From Octopus bimaculoides (taxonomy: Eukaryota), in assembly GCF_001194135.2 (NCBI RefSeq), contig NC_068985.1:102962364-103026363 (forward strand): a stretch of DNA of 64,000 bases, read 5' to 3'. Below are positions 26,400 to 39,959 of the stretch, piece by piece (position 1 is the stretch's first letter; every line of letters starts with the position of its first letter). The notes beneath the pieces are model-generated. The model did no database searches, was not told the DNA's origin, and was given only the letters and a program-made list of their open reading frames with translations. The translations under genes and the position numbers were made by a program.

Positions 26400-26570
26400 A
26401 AGCGTACCATCTACAACAGTGCTCGACTGGTAGCCTATTTTATCAAACCGAGAGAGATGGAAAGGTAAAGCTGACCTCGGCAGGATTTGAATTCAGAATC
26501 TACAGAGATGCTTGAAATAGTACGAAGTATTTCTTTTTAATGACGCTCTAATGATTCGGCCAAGATGAAC
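26400..26570 (-). mobile_element. SINE family C, decayed
   Basis: gaaaggtaaagctgacctcggcaggatttgaattcagaa is the reverse complement of the family C B-box region. Confidence 0.6.
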
Positions 26571-26904
26571 AATGAAATCGATAGAGTACAAGATAAATAA
26601 TTTGCGATATTTAGCTACGGTGTGAGTTCGGTTTCCTCCACGGCCAACTTTGTATTTCAGTCTTGAAGGCTGAAAAAAATAAATAGCAATCAGAGAAGTC
26701 TTGCACTTTTGCTAGACGACATCATCGACAGCGTCGTCTAGTCGAAGTCGTCACAACCATCGTTTTGTTGGATAATTGAATCGACGCCGATGCAGTCAAA
26801 ATCCTTTGTGATTTTTTTCCTCTAACGACTGTACCCCTCATTGGAATCCTATCGAGGTAATTTTTTGTCTTAGATGTCTTAAGGGTCGATAAAATCAGCT
26901 TTGT

Positions 26905-27260
26905 TTTTTAAAGTAGTAGTTTTCTAATTGCAGCCCTCCCGTGAAATATGGCTTTGTACAGCTCCCGGCGAACAGTTTTTGTGGAAACTGGGTTCTCGAG
27001 GTGGTCATTAGGCTCTGCAGTAATTTTAGGAGCTGTACTTTTGTGATCCTTTCTAATAATTCGCGTAAGAGTCCGAATTCCTATTTAAAGTTTCGGTTTT
27101 CTTCCAGAGTTTTGTTTCGACGAGGAGGTTTTTTCCTCTTTCTCAAAACTGTCATTACTTCTTGATGCACCAAACATTTCGGCTGTTTTCGTTATGCTAG
27201 CGCCTGCCATACGAGCACCAAGAATTTGACCTCTTTGAAAGGCCGATAGTTCTGTCAGTT
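26905..27260 (-). mobile_element. Tc1-family transposase N-terminal (HTH) fragment, pseudogenised
   Basis: Minus-strand translation LSAFQRGQILGARMAGASITKTAEMFGASR...SGRKPKL*...KITAE...PVSTKTVRRELYKAIFHGRAAIRK, typical of the Tc1 bipartite HTH. Has a stop and internal deletions. Confidence 0.85.
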
Positions 27261-28651
27261 TAATGAATTTTAATTACCCTTTTCTGATGATATCTGAAAA
27301 CAAACAGCAATTTTAGCAAAACATATTAAACAACACTAATAATAGATAAAAAAACATAAAAATAAGCAAGCTTTTAAGGAAAGTCAATATAGCCAACTGC
27401 ATTCTCCGACAAAATGTATTGGATTATGCCTATTTTAGACTTTAGTATTTTTTACTAGTACACCCGAGCCATCTATAACAATTGTAAATATGTTCATCAT
27501 TTTTAAATATATTGGAAATTATTATTAAATATAGTTGATATATAAAAACTAATGTCTTCTTAAATATAAATATTTAAATATTATTGTACACTCTGCATTA
27601 AATTGTATTTGAATTTCATAGTTTTTAAATGTTTGTGTTAAATTTTCACTCCTTGTCTGCCAAAAGCTATCAAACACAATTCTTGGGAAAAGTTACGAAA
27701 TAAACATAGAAAAAAATTATGAGAATGAGAGAAGAGAGAGGAAAAGGAAGAGTGTAGTTTCAGCAATGCAGAGAATAATTCTAATTCAAAAAGCATCAGA
27801 GCTGGAGATATACATACACATCGCACACCTACACACACATGCATAATAAGTAATATAAGTGTATTTTAATGTGAGTGTGTGTATGTGGGTGTGGAAGTAT
27901 TAGTGATATATAACTAGGAGAAGTGAGAGAGAGAGACAGACTTTCCTTTTAATTCTCCTCCTACAACTGCCTCTTACTCACCCTCTATTTATAGTTAGAT
28001 CACTTCTTTCTGCGTTACACAAAATATAAAAATACACATCGGAAATTATTATAAGTGATTAGGACTAATAATGGAATGTATTCGAAAGAGGAGCTTTTAA
28101 ACAGATAATTAGTGCTATTGTCTGCACACATAAAACTGATAGTTATATATTTATGCCGAAGTTCTAGTTGTCATTGCTGTAGTTTTGTTAATAATTTTTT
28201 TAGCATTTATTTATTTGCTTGCTTGTTTATTTGCTTATTTGTTTATTTATTTAACCTCACACTAACTCTGACAGAACAGACCAATGAGGAAAACTGTTTC
28301 CTATATTTTTGTAAGAAAGTCGCTTGAGCTACATTATCCTTTTTTAAAACGGTGCAATGTGATTTTTACACTGATTTAGTTGTTATTTCTAGCAGATGAA
28401 AAAGCTATGTAGAATCTTCCCTATTGTCACGTTGCAGATGTTCAGAACTATATAAAGATTATCATTCGTAGGTGATAAGAGTCTCTATTATGAAATGATT
28501 AGGTCAATGAAAAGCAATTGGGGAAGTCAACATCAATAGAGATCAGAAATTTACGTTTGTCTGTATACTTGCCAAGACATCACAGTAATCCAAGCATTTC
28601 TATGAGTATCGGTTTGTGTATGTATGTATTTATAACGTATCTGCAGTTCTA

Positions 28652-28719
<68 letters not shown>

Positions 28720-29599
28720 TGTGTAGATATAGATATAGATATAGATATATANNNNNNNNNNNNNNNNNNNNNNNNNNNNNNNNNNNNNNNNNNNNNNNNN
28801 NNNNNNNNNNNNNNNNNNNNNNNNNNNNNNNNNNNNNNNNNNNNNNNNNNNNNNNNNNNNNNNNNNNNNNNNNNNNNNNNNNNNNNNNNNNNNNNNNNNN
28901 NNNNNNNNNNNNNNNNNNNNNNNNNNNNNNNNNNNNNNNNNNNNNNNNNNNNNNNNNNNNNTATATATATATATATATATATGTGTGTAGGAGCTCATGA
29001 AACTAGTACTTAACTTGGAATTCAGAAGCGTTAGGCGAATGAGAAATGATTCTTCCTCTAAATATCATGTCACTTTGAATTTCATCTCAGTCTATTTTGA
29101 GAAGTCACGATATTTCTTTACAGTTAGGTTAATTGAAACAATACAGAATAATCATAACTCTTTGTGATGTAAAGGAAACGTTTGCAGTAAATATGAATTC
29201 CTGGTCTCTCATATGGTTTTCTATTTGGTCGTATTGTCTCACTGAGTGCGTGGATCCAATTTGTGTTACGTATTCATTTATTCGTCTGTTACGATGAGAG
29301 CATGAGTAATTAAGTCGATAGACAATTGGACTACGAGTAGAAGAGTCGGTGATTAGTAATCCATCATTTAGAGTTTGTGTGCTTGACCAACATTCTCCCA
29401 GTCTGCATAGCTGCATCTAAGTACCACAGAGACGTATATTCTCAACTTAAATTGGTAGCAGCACTATGGAAAATTTTGCTGAATTGCGTCACTGTATTGG
29501 ACACTTATCTGTGATAAACAGGTATCATGTATATTTATCTATCTGTCTGACTGTCAGCCTGTCTATCTGCCTTTCCATCCATCTATATAAAGAGCCCAA

Positions 29600-29830
29600 G
29601 GCGGCGAGCTGGCAGAAACGTTGGCGCGCCGGGCGAAATGCTTAGCGGTATTTCGTCTGCCGCTACGTTCTGAGTTCAAATTCCGCCGAGGTCGACTTTG
29701 CCTTTCATCCTTTCGGTGTCGATTAAATAAGTACCAGTTACACGCTGGTATCGATGTAATCAACTTAATCCCTTTGTCTGTCCTTGTTTGTCCCTTCTAT
29801 GTTTAGCCCCTTGTGGTGGGCAATAAAGAA
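29600..29830 (+). mobile_element. SINE family C, full length
   Basis: ggcggcgagctggcagaaacg...gagttcaaattccgccgaggtcgactttgcctttcatcc...ttagccccttgtgg. Near-identical to 63775-64000. Confidence 0.92.
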
Positions 29831-30174
29831 TTATATATAAAGGACCCATTTCGGTCCTAAAACGTTTGCACCTAAAAAGTTACCCTTCGAAGAACAANNN
29901 NNNNNNNNNNNNNNNNNNNNNNNNNNNNNNNNNNNNNNNNNNNNNNNNNNNNNNNNNNNNNNNNNNNNNNNNNNNNNNNNNNNNNNNNNNNNNNNNNNNN
30001 NNNNNNNNNNNNNNNNNNNNNNNNNNNNNNNNNNNNNNNNNNNNNNNNNNNNNNNNNNNNNNNNNNNNNNNNNNNNNNNNNNNNNNNNNNNNNNNNNNNN
30101 NNNNNNNNNNNNNNNNNNNNNNNNNNNNNNNNNNNNNNNNNNNNNNNNNNNNNNNNNNNNNNNNNNNNATATAT

Positions 30175-30330
30175 ACTGTTACCGTGCACCATACGCATTC
30201 TGATCGAATCTTCCATCTATTAACATGTACCTCCTTGCGACAATGTAGACATCAAGATGCCCTTCGCCTAACGTGTTATCCTGCGGTGTACACCTCACTT
30301 GGATATTTTTCACTTCCGAGGTTCCGCCTG
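30175..30330 (-). mobile_element. Possible piggyBac transposase C-terminal Cys-rich remnant
   Basis: Minus-strand reading KYPSEVYTAG*HVRRRAS*CLHCRKEVHVNRWKIRSECVWCTV has CxxC...CxxC spacing like the piggyBac CRD. Judged by eye. Confidence 0.3.
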
Positions 30331-30386
30331 CTATCAAACATATCTAGTGCAGATCTTATCTACTCCATACCATAACTCTTGTAGAC

Positions 30387-30387
<1 letters not shown>

Positions 30388-30465
<78 letters not shown>

Positions 30466-30466
30466 T
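30388..30466. repeat. (GATA)n microsatellite
   Basis: Direct reading. A second array lies at 31669-31733. Confidence 0.95.
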
Positions 30467-30513
30467 ACATATGCATATACATAGAAACATTTATTTATAT
30501 ATGNNNNNNNNNN

Positions 30514-30569
<56 letters not shown>

Positions 30570-30848
30570 ACATGCACACATTTGTGGGAGGATGTATATC
30601 ATATGTAATATGTATATAATATACACATGTTATATATACTGTTATGAATGTATATATGCATATATCTATGTCTCCATGTGGATCCGTATGAATAACATAC
30701 ATAATATCTGTAGTCAGTATGTGTAAGTTTATGATATATTCGCCAGGTGTCATATGGTAAAGTAAAAAAGCAGTTTGTGTGTAGCGAAAGCAAAATTCTA
30801 TTATGTTAGAATCTACAGCTGTTTATACGTATACGTGGCCCAATATTG

Positions 30849-31085
30849 TTGTAATATGAATGCGTAAATGAAGGTGGCGAGTCGGGATAATCGTTACCAC
30901 GCCGGGCAAAACGTTTAGCCACATTTCGTCCGTCTCTACGTTCTGAGTTCAAATTCCACCTGGGTCGGCTTTACTTTTCACCCTTTTCATAGAATAAGTA
31001 CCAGTTGAACACTGAGGTCGGTGTAATCGGCTTATCCCTTCCCCCCATTTTTTTTGCTGGTCTTGTGCCAAAATTTGAAATCAAA
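30849..31085 (+). mobile_element. SINE family C variant (duplicate of 35058-35270)
   Basis: Shares its 5' flank and an internal deletion with the 35058 copy. Confidence 0.8.
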
Positions 31086-31668
31086 ATGAATACGCAAATG
31101 CATAGTGACGCGCTTGCCTGTATCTCTGCATGCGTATATGTGTGTGTGAAGGTGTGTGTGTATGAAAATAAAGACGCGCGCTTCTATGTGTGTGCGTGAA
31201 GATAAAGACATGAAGAGAATAACAAATTAGTATCATTTGATGTTTGTTATTCTGATTGTTATTCTGGTTAACAATGTTATTGTTGTTATTGTTGCTGCTG
31301 CTACTGTTGTTATTGTTGTTGATTTTTTTTTTATTTAGTTTCTTATTTGTTTCTTTATTAAGAATGGCCTTTGTCAATGTTTGCTCGTTATTTAATTTTT
31401 TGTTTGTTTTTTTTTTATCTGTTTTTTTTTACTTTTTCGTTTGTTGTTCACCAGAAAACTCAGTGAGAATACTATAACTAAAAAGTATTGAAAATATACA
31501 CACACGCGCGCGCGCGCACACACACACACATATGTACATATATGCGTAGCTGTGTATTTTTTTATTCTTTTACTTGTTTCGGTCACTTGACTACGGCTAT
31601 ACTGGAGCACAGGCAAACAGAGAGACAAACATGGGTTGATAGATAAACAGATAGGTAGATGGATAAAG

Positions 31669-31734
<66 letters not shown>

Positions 31735-32509
31735 AATCCCATCATTTCTTTCTTCGCTTTCTGAGTGCCTTCTCTACATTAGCCTCTCTTTATATCTCCC
31801 TCTCACTCTCTCCTTCACTCTCTTCCTCTCTCATAAACAAACACACACACGCATCTCCTCCAAATTATGTTTCTATCTCTGTAATTACTGCCGATACAAA
31901 TAATATATTGGTAAACCAGCATCTTCAAGACAGAAAAAAGTACCAGCGATATTTCAGAACAATAAAATAACCCTCAGCTATCCAATTCTTTCTTCGCCAT
32001 CTCAGATGCATACATAATAAATACATACATACACACACATACATACGTGCGTCTATGTGAGTATATATATGTATATATATCCTATCATATATATGTTTGT
32101 GTGTGTGTGTACATATATATGCATCTATATATACATACTCACAAATGTGTATATATAAACACACATACATACATGTATATATTCACACAAACAGATAGGT
32201 CCGACGTTCATGTGTGTATGGATGTATATATGTATATAGCTCTTCGGTATATGCATCGCAAAACACACACATAAGCATATACATAGATATACGCATTTCT
32301 ATATACATTTACATACGTGCGACTATGTGTGAGTTGGCTTGTGTCCACATCTGTATGTTAATGTATGAATATTTATTTATAGATACATATTTAAATCCGT
32401 ATGTAAATTCTGATGTACATACATATTAATATATATTAATATATGTGTGTGTGTACGTATGTATGTATGTATGTATATTTACACACACACACGAACACAC
32501 ATATATATA

Positions 32510-32670
32510 AAGTTGAAATTTACAGGAAAACAAAAGACGAAGACAAGTGTATAAACAACAAGCAAGTGTTTTAGTTTGACGCTAGGGAAAGTCAGAAAGT
32601 CTTTTACGTTTCGAGCCTGCGCTCTTCAACAGAAAGAAACATGAGGAAATAAACAGAGAGAATAAAAAAA
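32510..32670 (-). mobile_element. Penelope-like terminal fragment containing a minimal hammerhead-like motif
   Basis: Minus strand tcttt-CTGTTGA-A-gagc-gcag-gctc-GAAAC-GTA-aaaga (32637-32600). Flanked by AT-rich microsatellites. Confidence 0.6.
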
Positions 32671-33133
32671 CTATATATATNNNNNNNNNNNNNNNNNNNN
32701 NNNNNNNNNNNNNNNNNNNNNNNNNNNNNNNNNNNNNNNNNNNNNNNNNNNNNNNNNNNNNNNNNNNNNNNNNNNNNNNNNNNNNNNNNNNNNNNNNNNN
32801 NNNNNNNNNNNNNNNNNNNNNNNNNNNNNNNNNNNNNNNNNNNNNNNNNNNNNNNNNNNNNNNNNNNNNNNNNNNNNNNNNNNNNNNNNNNNNNNNNNNN
32901 NNNNNNNNNNNNNNNNNNNNNNNNNNNNNNNNNNNNNNNNNNNNNNNNNNNNNNNNNNNNNNNNNNNNNNNNNNNNNNNNNNNNNNNNNNNNNNNNNNNN
33001 NNNNNNNNNNNNNNNNNNNNNNNNNNNNNNNNNNNNNNNNNNNNNNNNNNNNNNNNNNNNNNNNNNNNNNNNNNNNNNNNNNNNNNNNNNNNNNNNNNNN
33101 NNNNNNNNNNNNNNNNNNNNNNNNNNNNNNNNN

Positions 33134-33227
<94 letters not shown>

Positions 33228-34999
33228 CATACACACACACACACACACAGACAGACAGATAGATAGTTAGACAGTCAGACAAACAGACAGAAAGACTGAC
33301 AGAAAGGCAGAAGAAGAGAATGTGGGTGTGTGTATATTTATAGGAGATAAATATTTAATCTATTATATATTCATGTGAGTTTGTGTGATGTAATTTATGT
33401 CTTTTATACAGTAAATGTTTGCGTCTGCAATGCACACGCTGGCCCATACAATCACACAGACTCACACACAAACGCACACACACACACACACACACACAGA
33501 CATACTGAAGGAAAGATGAAGGGAGAAATCATGTAGAGAGATACACGCATTCATACGTATAAGCATACGTACATCCATGTATGTGATAGATAGATATTCA
33601 TACATACATATATTCATACATACATACGTCCATGAACATACTGAAACATACATACAAACATATATACGCACATACATACATACATATATTCCCACTTCAA
33701 TAATCATAAAGAGATGAAATTTGAAAATCAATATGTGTAATATATAATCAGTGATAAACGGAAAACATACGATAAACACTTGGTGATTATAAAATCAACA
33801 AATATTTTCAACAAGATAATGAAATCAGTTAAAAAGAAAGAAACAGAAAATTATAAGAAATTGTCCAGATATCGTGAGAAATGTTCCTGGCTATATACGC
33901 TTATTTAATCATTAGTTGCTTGTTTATCTTTTCTTTTAAGGCAATGTTATTGTTAGTATTTAGTTAGAAGTACTTATTTGATGTTAGAACTTAGATCCCA
34001 AGAATAGTCGGCTACGTAATCTGTTGTTCTCTGTACGCCAACATTCGCAAGTCCGGAAGCTCGGACGTTCACCCCGTCTTCGGTTTCAATTAGCTAAATA
34101 CAAGGACGTCGAGTCAACTTGTAAATCATCTGAGAAGCATTACGCTGCTATTTCTACCAATTCAATCGACTGCTTAGGGACTTCTTCGTTGGCTCCCTTC
34201 TCATTTAGTTGAAATTGCAAAAATTGTGCTCGTTCATTTATTCTTAGCAACTTAGAACAATTATTTGCTTTTATTTACACCTCGTATAATGTGAGTGTGT
34301 GGTTATGCCTGTGTGCGTATGTATGCATGTATGTATCATTACTGCGTGTGTATCTACGTCTGTCAATGTGTTCTTTTTTCTTTCTCTATTGGTCCACTAT
34401 GAGTCTAATTTGACTAAAGAATTTGTAAATCCTCGTGTTGTTACTAGCAATGAGCGGTAACTGTGAGAAATACACTTAATTCTTAATAGTCCCCAAACCA
34501 TTTCTCTACAATAAAACAGAATAACGAGAGCAACAACTCACAAGAACTACTCACAGAAGAAAAATGTATAGAGACACTTTTATCGTTTCTTGTTTCTCTT
34601 TCTTTTTCTTTTTTTTTTCTTTTTTCGTTTTTGTTAGCTTATAGGAAAGTTGGTTATACATCATTAGATGTATACCTGACTTTCCTATATAAAATTACGA
34701 ATATTAACGGAACGCTGAACTCCAGACTATCAACTTATACAACATTTATTCAGGTGGTAAATATATACATCTTTAGCTCTTGTTGTTACAGCTTCTGTGT
34801 GTGTGAGCATAGTCGTTGGGACGTTGTTATGTAGATGTAAGCGAGCTGTCGAGTGTAAGTCCGAAAGATGAAGAGTGACAGCTAAACACGTAAAGAGACT
34901 GTCTCCAGAGTTGGAATGTTGGAGACACTGCTTGACACGTCAATGCTCATGGTCGGCCGAGAAAGAGAGAGAATTAAGCGGGAAAGCTTGCTTGTTTAA

Positions 35000-35045
35000 T
35001 TCCACGCATGCGTGAGACTACGCATGCGCACGGCGTTACTACAAG
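35000..35045. promoter_or_regulatory. Tandem NRF1-like CGCATGCG palindromes
   Basis: acgcatgcgt at 35004-35013 and acgcatgcgca at 35020-35030, in a locally CpG-rich patch. Confidence 0.3.
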
Positions 35046-35057
35046 CTTTATGTTAGC

Positions 35058-35270
35058 TTGTAATATGAATGTGTAAATGAAGGTGGTGAGTTGGGATAAT
35101 CGTTACGGCGCCGGGCGAAATGCTTAGCCACGTTTCGTCCGTTTCTACGTTCTGAGTTCAAATTCCGCTTAGGTCGACTTTACTTTTCATCCATTTCATA
35201 GAATAAGTACCAGTTGAACACTGAGGTCGGTGTAATCGGCTTATCCCTTCCCCACTTTTTTTTTTGCTTG
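35058..35270 (+). mobile_element. SINE family C variant (duplicate of 30849)
   Basis: Shares its 5' flank and an internal deletion with the 30849 copy. Confidence 0.8.
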
Positions 35271-35293
35271 TATATATATGTATATAGATAGAT

Positions 35294-35438
35294 TGTTGTT
35301 GTTGGCACTCCGTCGCTTACGACGTCGAGGGTTCCAGTTGATCCAATCAACGGAACAGCTTGGCTGAGCACTCCACAAACACGTGTACACCTTAACGTAG
35401 TTCTCGGGGATATTCAGCGTGACACAGTGTGACAAGGC
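35294..35438 (-). mobile_element. SINE family D, 3' tail
   Basis: Matches 62140-62310 (ttgttgttgttggcactccgtcgcttacgacgtc...). Truncated by an N gap. Confidence 0.85.
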
Positions 35439-35753
35439 NNNNNNNNNNACATACATACATACATACATACATATATACACATACATATATACATACACAT
35501 ACATAATGGTTGATATTTTCCTCTAGATAAACTACCTTACCTTAAGCATTTTCATAACTTCCACAAGCTACCATCTACCCAGTCTTTCAAATTTTGGAGT
35601 CGATAAATGAAGTAGCCGGTCGTCTGTTTCTCCTTCTTTACGAAAGGTATCGGTTGTGTTCAGATGTAACGATGAAGGGGTTCACCGGTTTTTAAAATGT
35701 ACCTGACATGTCTTACTTCACAAACACATCCCTTCGACTCCATTGCAAGTTAA

Positions 35754-36056
35754 CCCATTACCTCCCATAATTCTATTAACTGGAATTTTTTTCTGAAACT
35801 TTGATTTCTAGCATAAAACAGCCTTAGAAACACGCTAGAATGATCAAAATGACATTTCAAAATAACATTTCAAAATGACATTTTAAATAGAAATAAGCGA
35901 GATATTGGGTGAAAAATTAGCAAACCTCACTTGAATATCAGAGAAATATACCTAGTAGATATAGCAAAAAGGTTAGATATGTGTAAATATTGATAGATAA
36001 TTTCGAAATTTGTAATTTTTAAGTGATCTCGTATGAGATCACTGGTAGGTAATGGG
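35754..36056. mobile_element. piggyBac-type non-autonomous element (MITE), 303 bp
   Basis: TTAA at 35750-35753 and 36057-36060. 14-bp TIRs cccattacctccca / tggtaggtaatggg match at 13 of 14 positions and begin with CCC. Confidence 0.8.
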
Positions 36057-36559
36057 TTAAGTATCCTATCTTGTCGACTCAATAGCTCATGGAGTATTAC
36101 TTGTCTGAAAGCTTCACTTATTGACCACCTCTACATTATTTGAAAATGCTTCCAAGGGTACAGGTTTAAGTGAATCAAACATCGTTGTTTGCTAATTCAT
36201 GTGATAAACTAATTAAGGACCTCCTAAGTCGTCGCCTGCCTACAAGAAATAGCAGTCAATTTTCCCTTAAATCACACCTTTAAAAAATTAAGGAAGAACC
36301 CATGGGATGATGTGGTCGTGGATATGCAAAAAAAAAGTGAAGATGGTTAGGGTTTAAGAATCTCTTACGATAGGTCAACAGAACCAGGTCGAGTCAATCG
36401 ATGCTTTTTCGATTTTTGAAGAATTGGCCAGATGTCAAAGAACCAATCAATATTTGTAGAATTCCTAACTACCATTAATTCATTAGCTAATAATTAATTA
36501 ACGTCAATACATACATAGGTATATATACACATAGTTATGTGTGTGCATATAACTGTATG

Positions 36560-37648
36560 TGTACATATATACATACACATACATACATACATACATACAT
36601 ACATACATACGTACGTACATACATACATACTTAAATACACGCATACATACACATACATATATACATAAATACACACATACATACATATATACGTACATAC
36701 ATACACGCATACATACACATACATACATACATACATACACACACATACATATATACATACATACATACATATATACATACATACACGCATACATACATAC
36801 ATACATACATACATACATACACACATGCAGACATACATACACATACACACATACACGCATACATACACATACATACATACACATATACATATATACACAC
36901 ATACATACACACACACACATACATACATAAATACACACATACATACATATNNNNNNNNNNNNNNNNNNNNNNNNNNNNNNNNNNNNNNNNNNNNNNNNNN
37001 NNNNNNNNNNNNNNNNNNNNNNNNNNNNNNNNNNNNNNNNNNNNNNNNNNNNNNNNNNNNNNNNNNNNNNNNNNNNNNNNNNNNNNNNNNNNNNNNNNNN
37101 NNNNNNNNNNNNNNNNNNNNNNNNNNNNNNNNNNNNNNNNNNNNNNNNNNNNNNNNNNNNNNNNNNNNNNNNNNNNNNNNNNNNNNNNNNNNNNNNNNNN
37201 NNNNNNNNNNNNNNNNNNNNNNNNNNNNNNNNNNNNNNNNNNNNNNNNNNNNNNNNNNNNNNNNNNNNNNNNNNNNNNNNNNNNNNNNNNNNNNNNNNNN
37301 NNNNNNNNNNNNNNNNNNNNNNNNNNNNNNNNNNNNNNNNNNNNNNNNNNNNNNNNNNNNNNNNNNATACACATACACACATACACATACACGCATACAT
37401 ACACATACATACATACACACATACATATATACACACATACATACACACACATACATACATACATACATACATACATACATACATACATACACACATACAG
37501 AAATACATACACATACACACATACACATACACGCATACATACACATACATACATACACACATACATATATACACACATACATACACACACACACATACAT
37601 ACATACATACATACATACATACATACATACATACATACATACATACAT
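36560..37648. repeat. Complex (TACA)/(TACACA) satellite spanning an N gap
   Basis: Direct reading, with a recurrent tacacgcatacatacacatac subunit. Confidence 0.9.
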
Positions 37649-37734
37649 AATTACGCCCTGCACAGACGTGATGCTTTACTGTAAAGTTCTCTATATTGAG
37701 TTCTAACAATTTGGTATTCGTGTCGATATTGTGA

Positions 37735-37830
37735 TTTCTGGAGCCGGATATGCGTTATGTCCTTGAGCAAGACACTTCATTTCATGTTGCTCCAGTCTAC
37801 TCAGCTGGCAAAAATGAGTTACCCGGTGAC
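37735..37830 (+). mobile_element. SINE family B core fragment
   Basis: gtccttgagcaagacacttcatttcatgttgctccagt. Confidence 0.7.
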
Positions 37831-38000
37831 GGACCGGCATGCCTTCCAGAGAATATACAAGCTACAGAATCCAAGAAATTAGTTTTACGAGCCCATGGCT
37901 CAGTACGGATCGTTGATCGTTTTGCGATATGTATATATAACAACTAGCAAAAGTATGGTACATATGACTATGAAGCGCTTGCGTGTGTGTGTGTGTGTGT

Positions 38001-38056
<56 letters not shown>

Positions 38057-38889
38057 TTCAAAACATAGCATACAATAAGGAAACAGCCAAACAAAAAAAG
38101 AATCTTTTTGTTTTGTTTGATGTAGCTTTTTGGCTTTGTGCTTTTGTTTTTCTTTTTTTAGTTTTTTTTTTTTTTTCTTTTCCTTTTAATTTCATCTTCA
38201 TCCTTATTTTACAAAAGCGTCTATCTAATTCGAGCCAACGACGATATTATACAATTTTTGTTTCGAATAAAGGAGATTCCATCACAAAATGACAACTGCA
38301 ATTTTTTGATGCAACATTGCACTTCATAATTTCGAGATGGCGCAAGGACAGAAAAGGTAACAAAAAAAAAAAAGAGAAAAAAAAAGAAAAAGACAAAGGA
38401 CAAGAATAAAGGTAAAATAATAAATAAATGTACTTTTTTAAAAACTAAAAGCACAGATACTATGGCAAGTTGGAGAGCATGAAGAATGGAACTAGACAAA
38501 CAACTCTGCTGTAATGCCAGTGAGAATTTTTGCCGTTATTTCTGACAGGTTATAAATCACAGAAGCATTGAAATTATAGCGCAGATTGAGGTGGGAGAAT
38601 AGAAAAAAATGTGATAATTTTATCATATTTCAATCTAGAAGTGCATATGTGATGGGAGATGGAGACGTTGTAGTTTGTTTTTTTGTGGGGTTTTTTTTTT
38701 GTTTTGTTTTGTGTTTGTACGTATGTTTATGAGCACGTGTGTATGTGTGTGAATGTGTGTGAATATATGTGTAAATGTGTGTGTTGTATACATGATTTAA
38801 AATTGCATTTAGTGATATTTTGTCTTTTTTTAATATTTAATGTCACTTTTAAATGAGTCGAAACACCTGGTTTGAAGAACTGATAGAGA

Positions 38890-38927
<38 letters not shown>

Positions 38928-39497
38928 GGGATGAAGAAGAGAGAGAAAAGAAAGAGTGGAGGACGATTGAGAAAAGTAGAAAATAAAGAGATAACAGCAA
39001 TAGATCCGGGAGAGAAGAAAGATGGCGTGTACTAAAGTGCTTGAGAGTTTAATAATGTGTCGTTTGTAACAGAATGTGTGTGTAATTATAGCATGATTCT
39101 GTGTGTGCGCACGCGCAAGTGTGTGTGTGTGGTAGTGGATAGGAATAAGAACTGACTGATTGAAATAGTGTGTCTCTATCAGACAAAAACAAAAACATGT
39201 GGAGAGAAGAATCATTGAAAAGTGTGAATGTGAGCAGAAGTGTAATAGAAAAACAGTGGGCGAGTACGAAATATGTCATAATGAATAGAAAACAGAGAAA
39301 CGGACTGGCTGGCGGGCAGGCAGACAGGAACACAGACTAGAAAGAGTGGGAGAGCGGTGGAGAGAGAGAGAGAACGAGATAGAGAGAGCATAGAAAGTAA
39401 ACAGCCTTTTCATTAATTAATAGAGTTGATAACTAGGAAGGAAAAGTGTGACACCATATACATACGCACATACATACATTCGTACATACATACATAC

Positions 39498-39528
<31 letters not shown>

Positions 39529-39928
39529 CACACACATTCGCATACATACGCACATACATACGTACGTGTATGTATGTGTGTGTGTGTATGTAATTAAATA
39601 ATACACATATATANNNNNNNNNNNNNNNNNNNNNNNNNNNNNNNNNNNNNNNNNNNNNNNNNNNNNNNNNNNNNNNNNNNNNNNNNNNNNNNNNNNNNNN
39701 NNNNNNNNNNNNNNNNNNNNNNNNNNNNNNNNNNNNNNNNNNNNNNNNNNNNNNNNNNNNNNNNNNNNNNNNNNNNNNNNNNNNNNNNNNNNNNNNNNNN
39801 NNNNNNNNNNNNNNNNNNNNNNNNNNNNNNNNNNNNNNNNNNNNNNNNNNNNNNNNNNNNNNNNNNNNNNNNNNNNNNNNNNNNNNNNNNNNNNNNNNNN
39901 NNNNNNNNNNNNNNNNNNNNNNNNNNNN

Positions 39929-39956
<28 letters not shown>

Positions 39957-39959
<3 letters not shown>

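Noticed and set aside
34912-34935. miR-1-like seed TGGAATGT near a small tgtctcca/tggagaca stem
   Set aside because: The seed sits in the loop, and the rest does not match miR-1.
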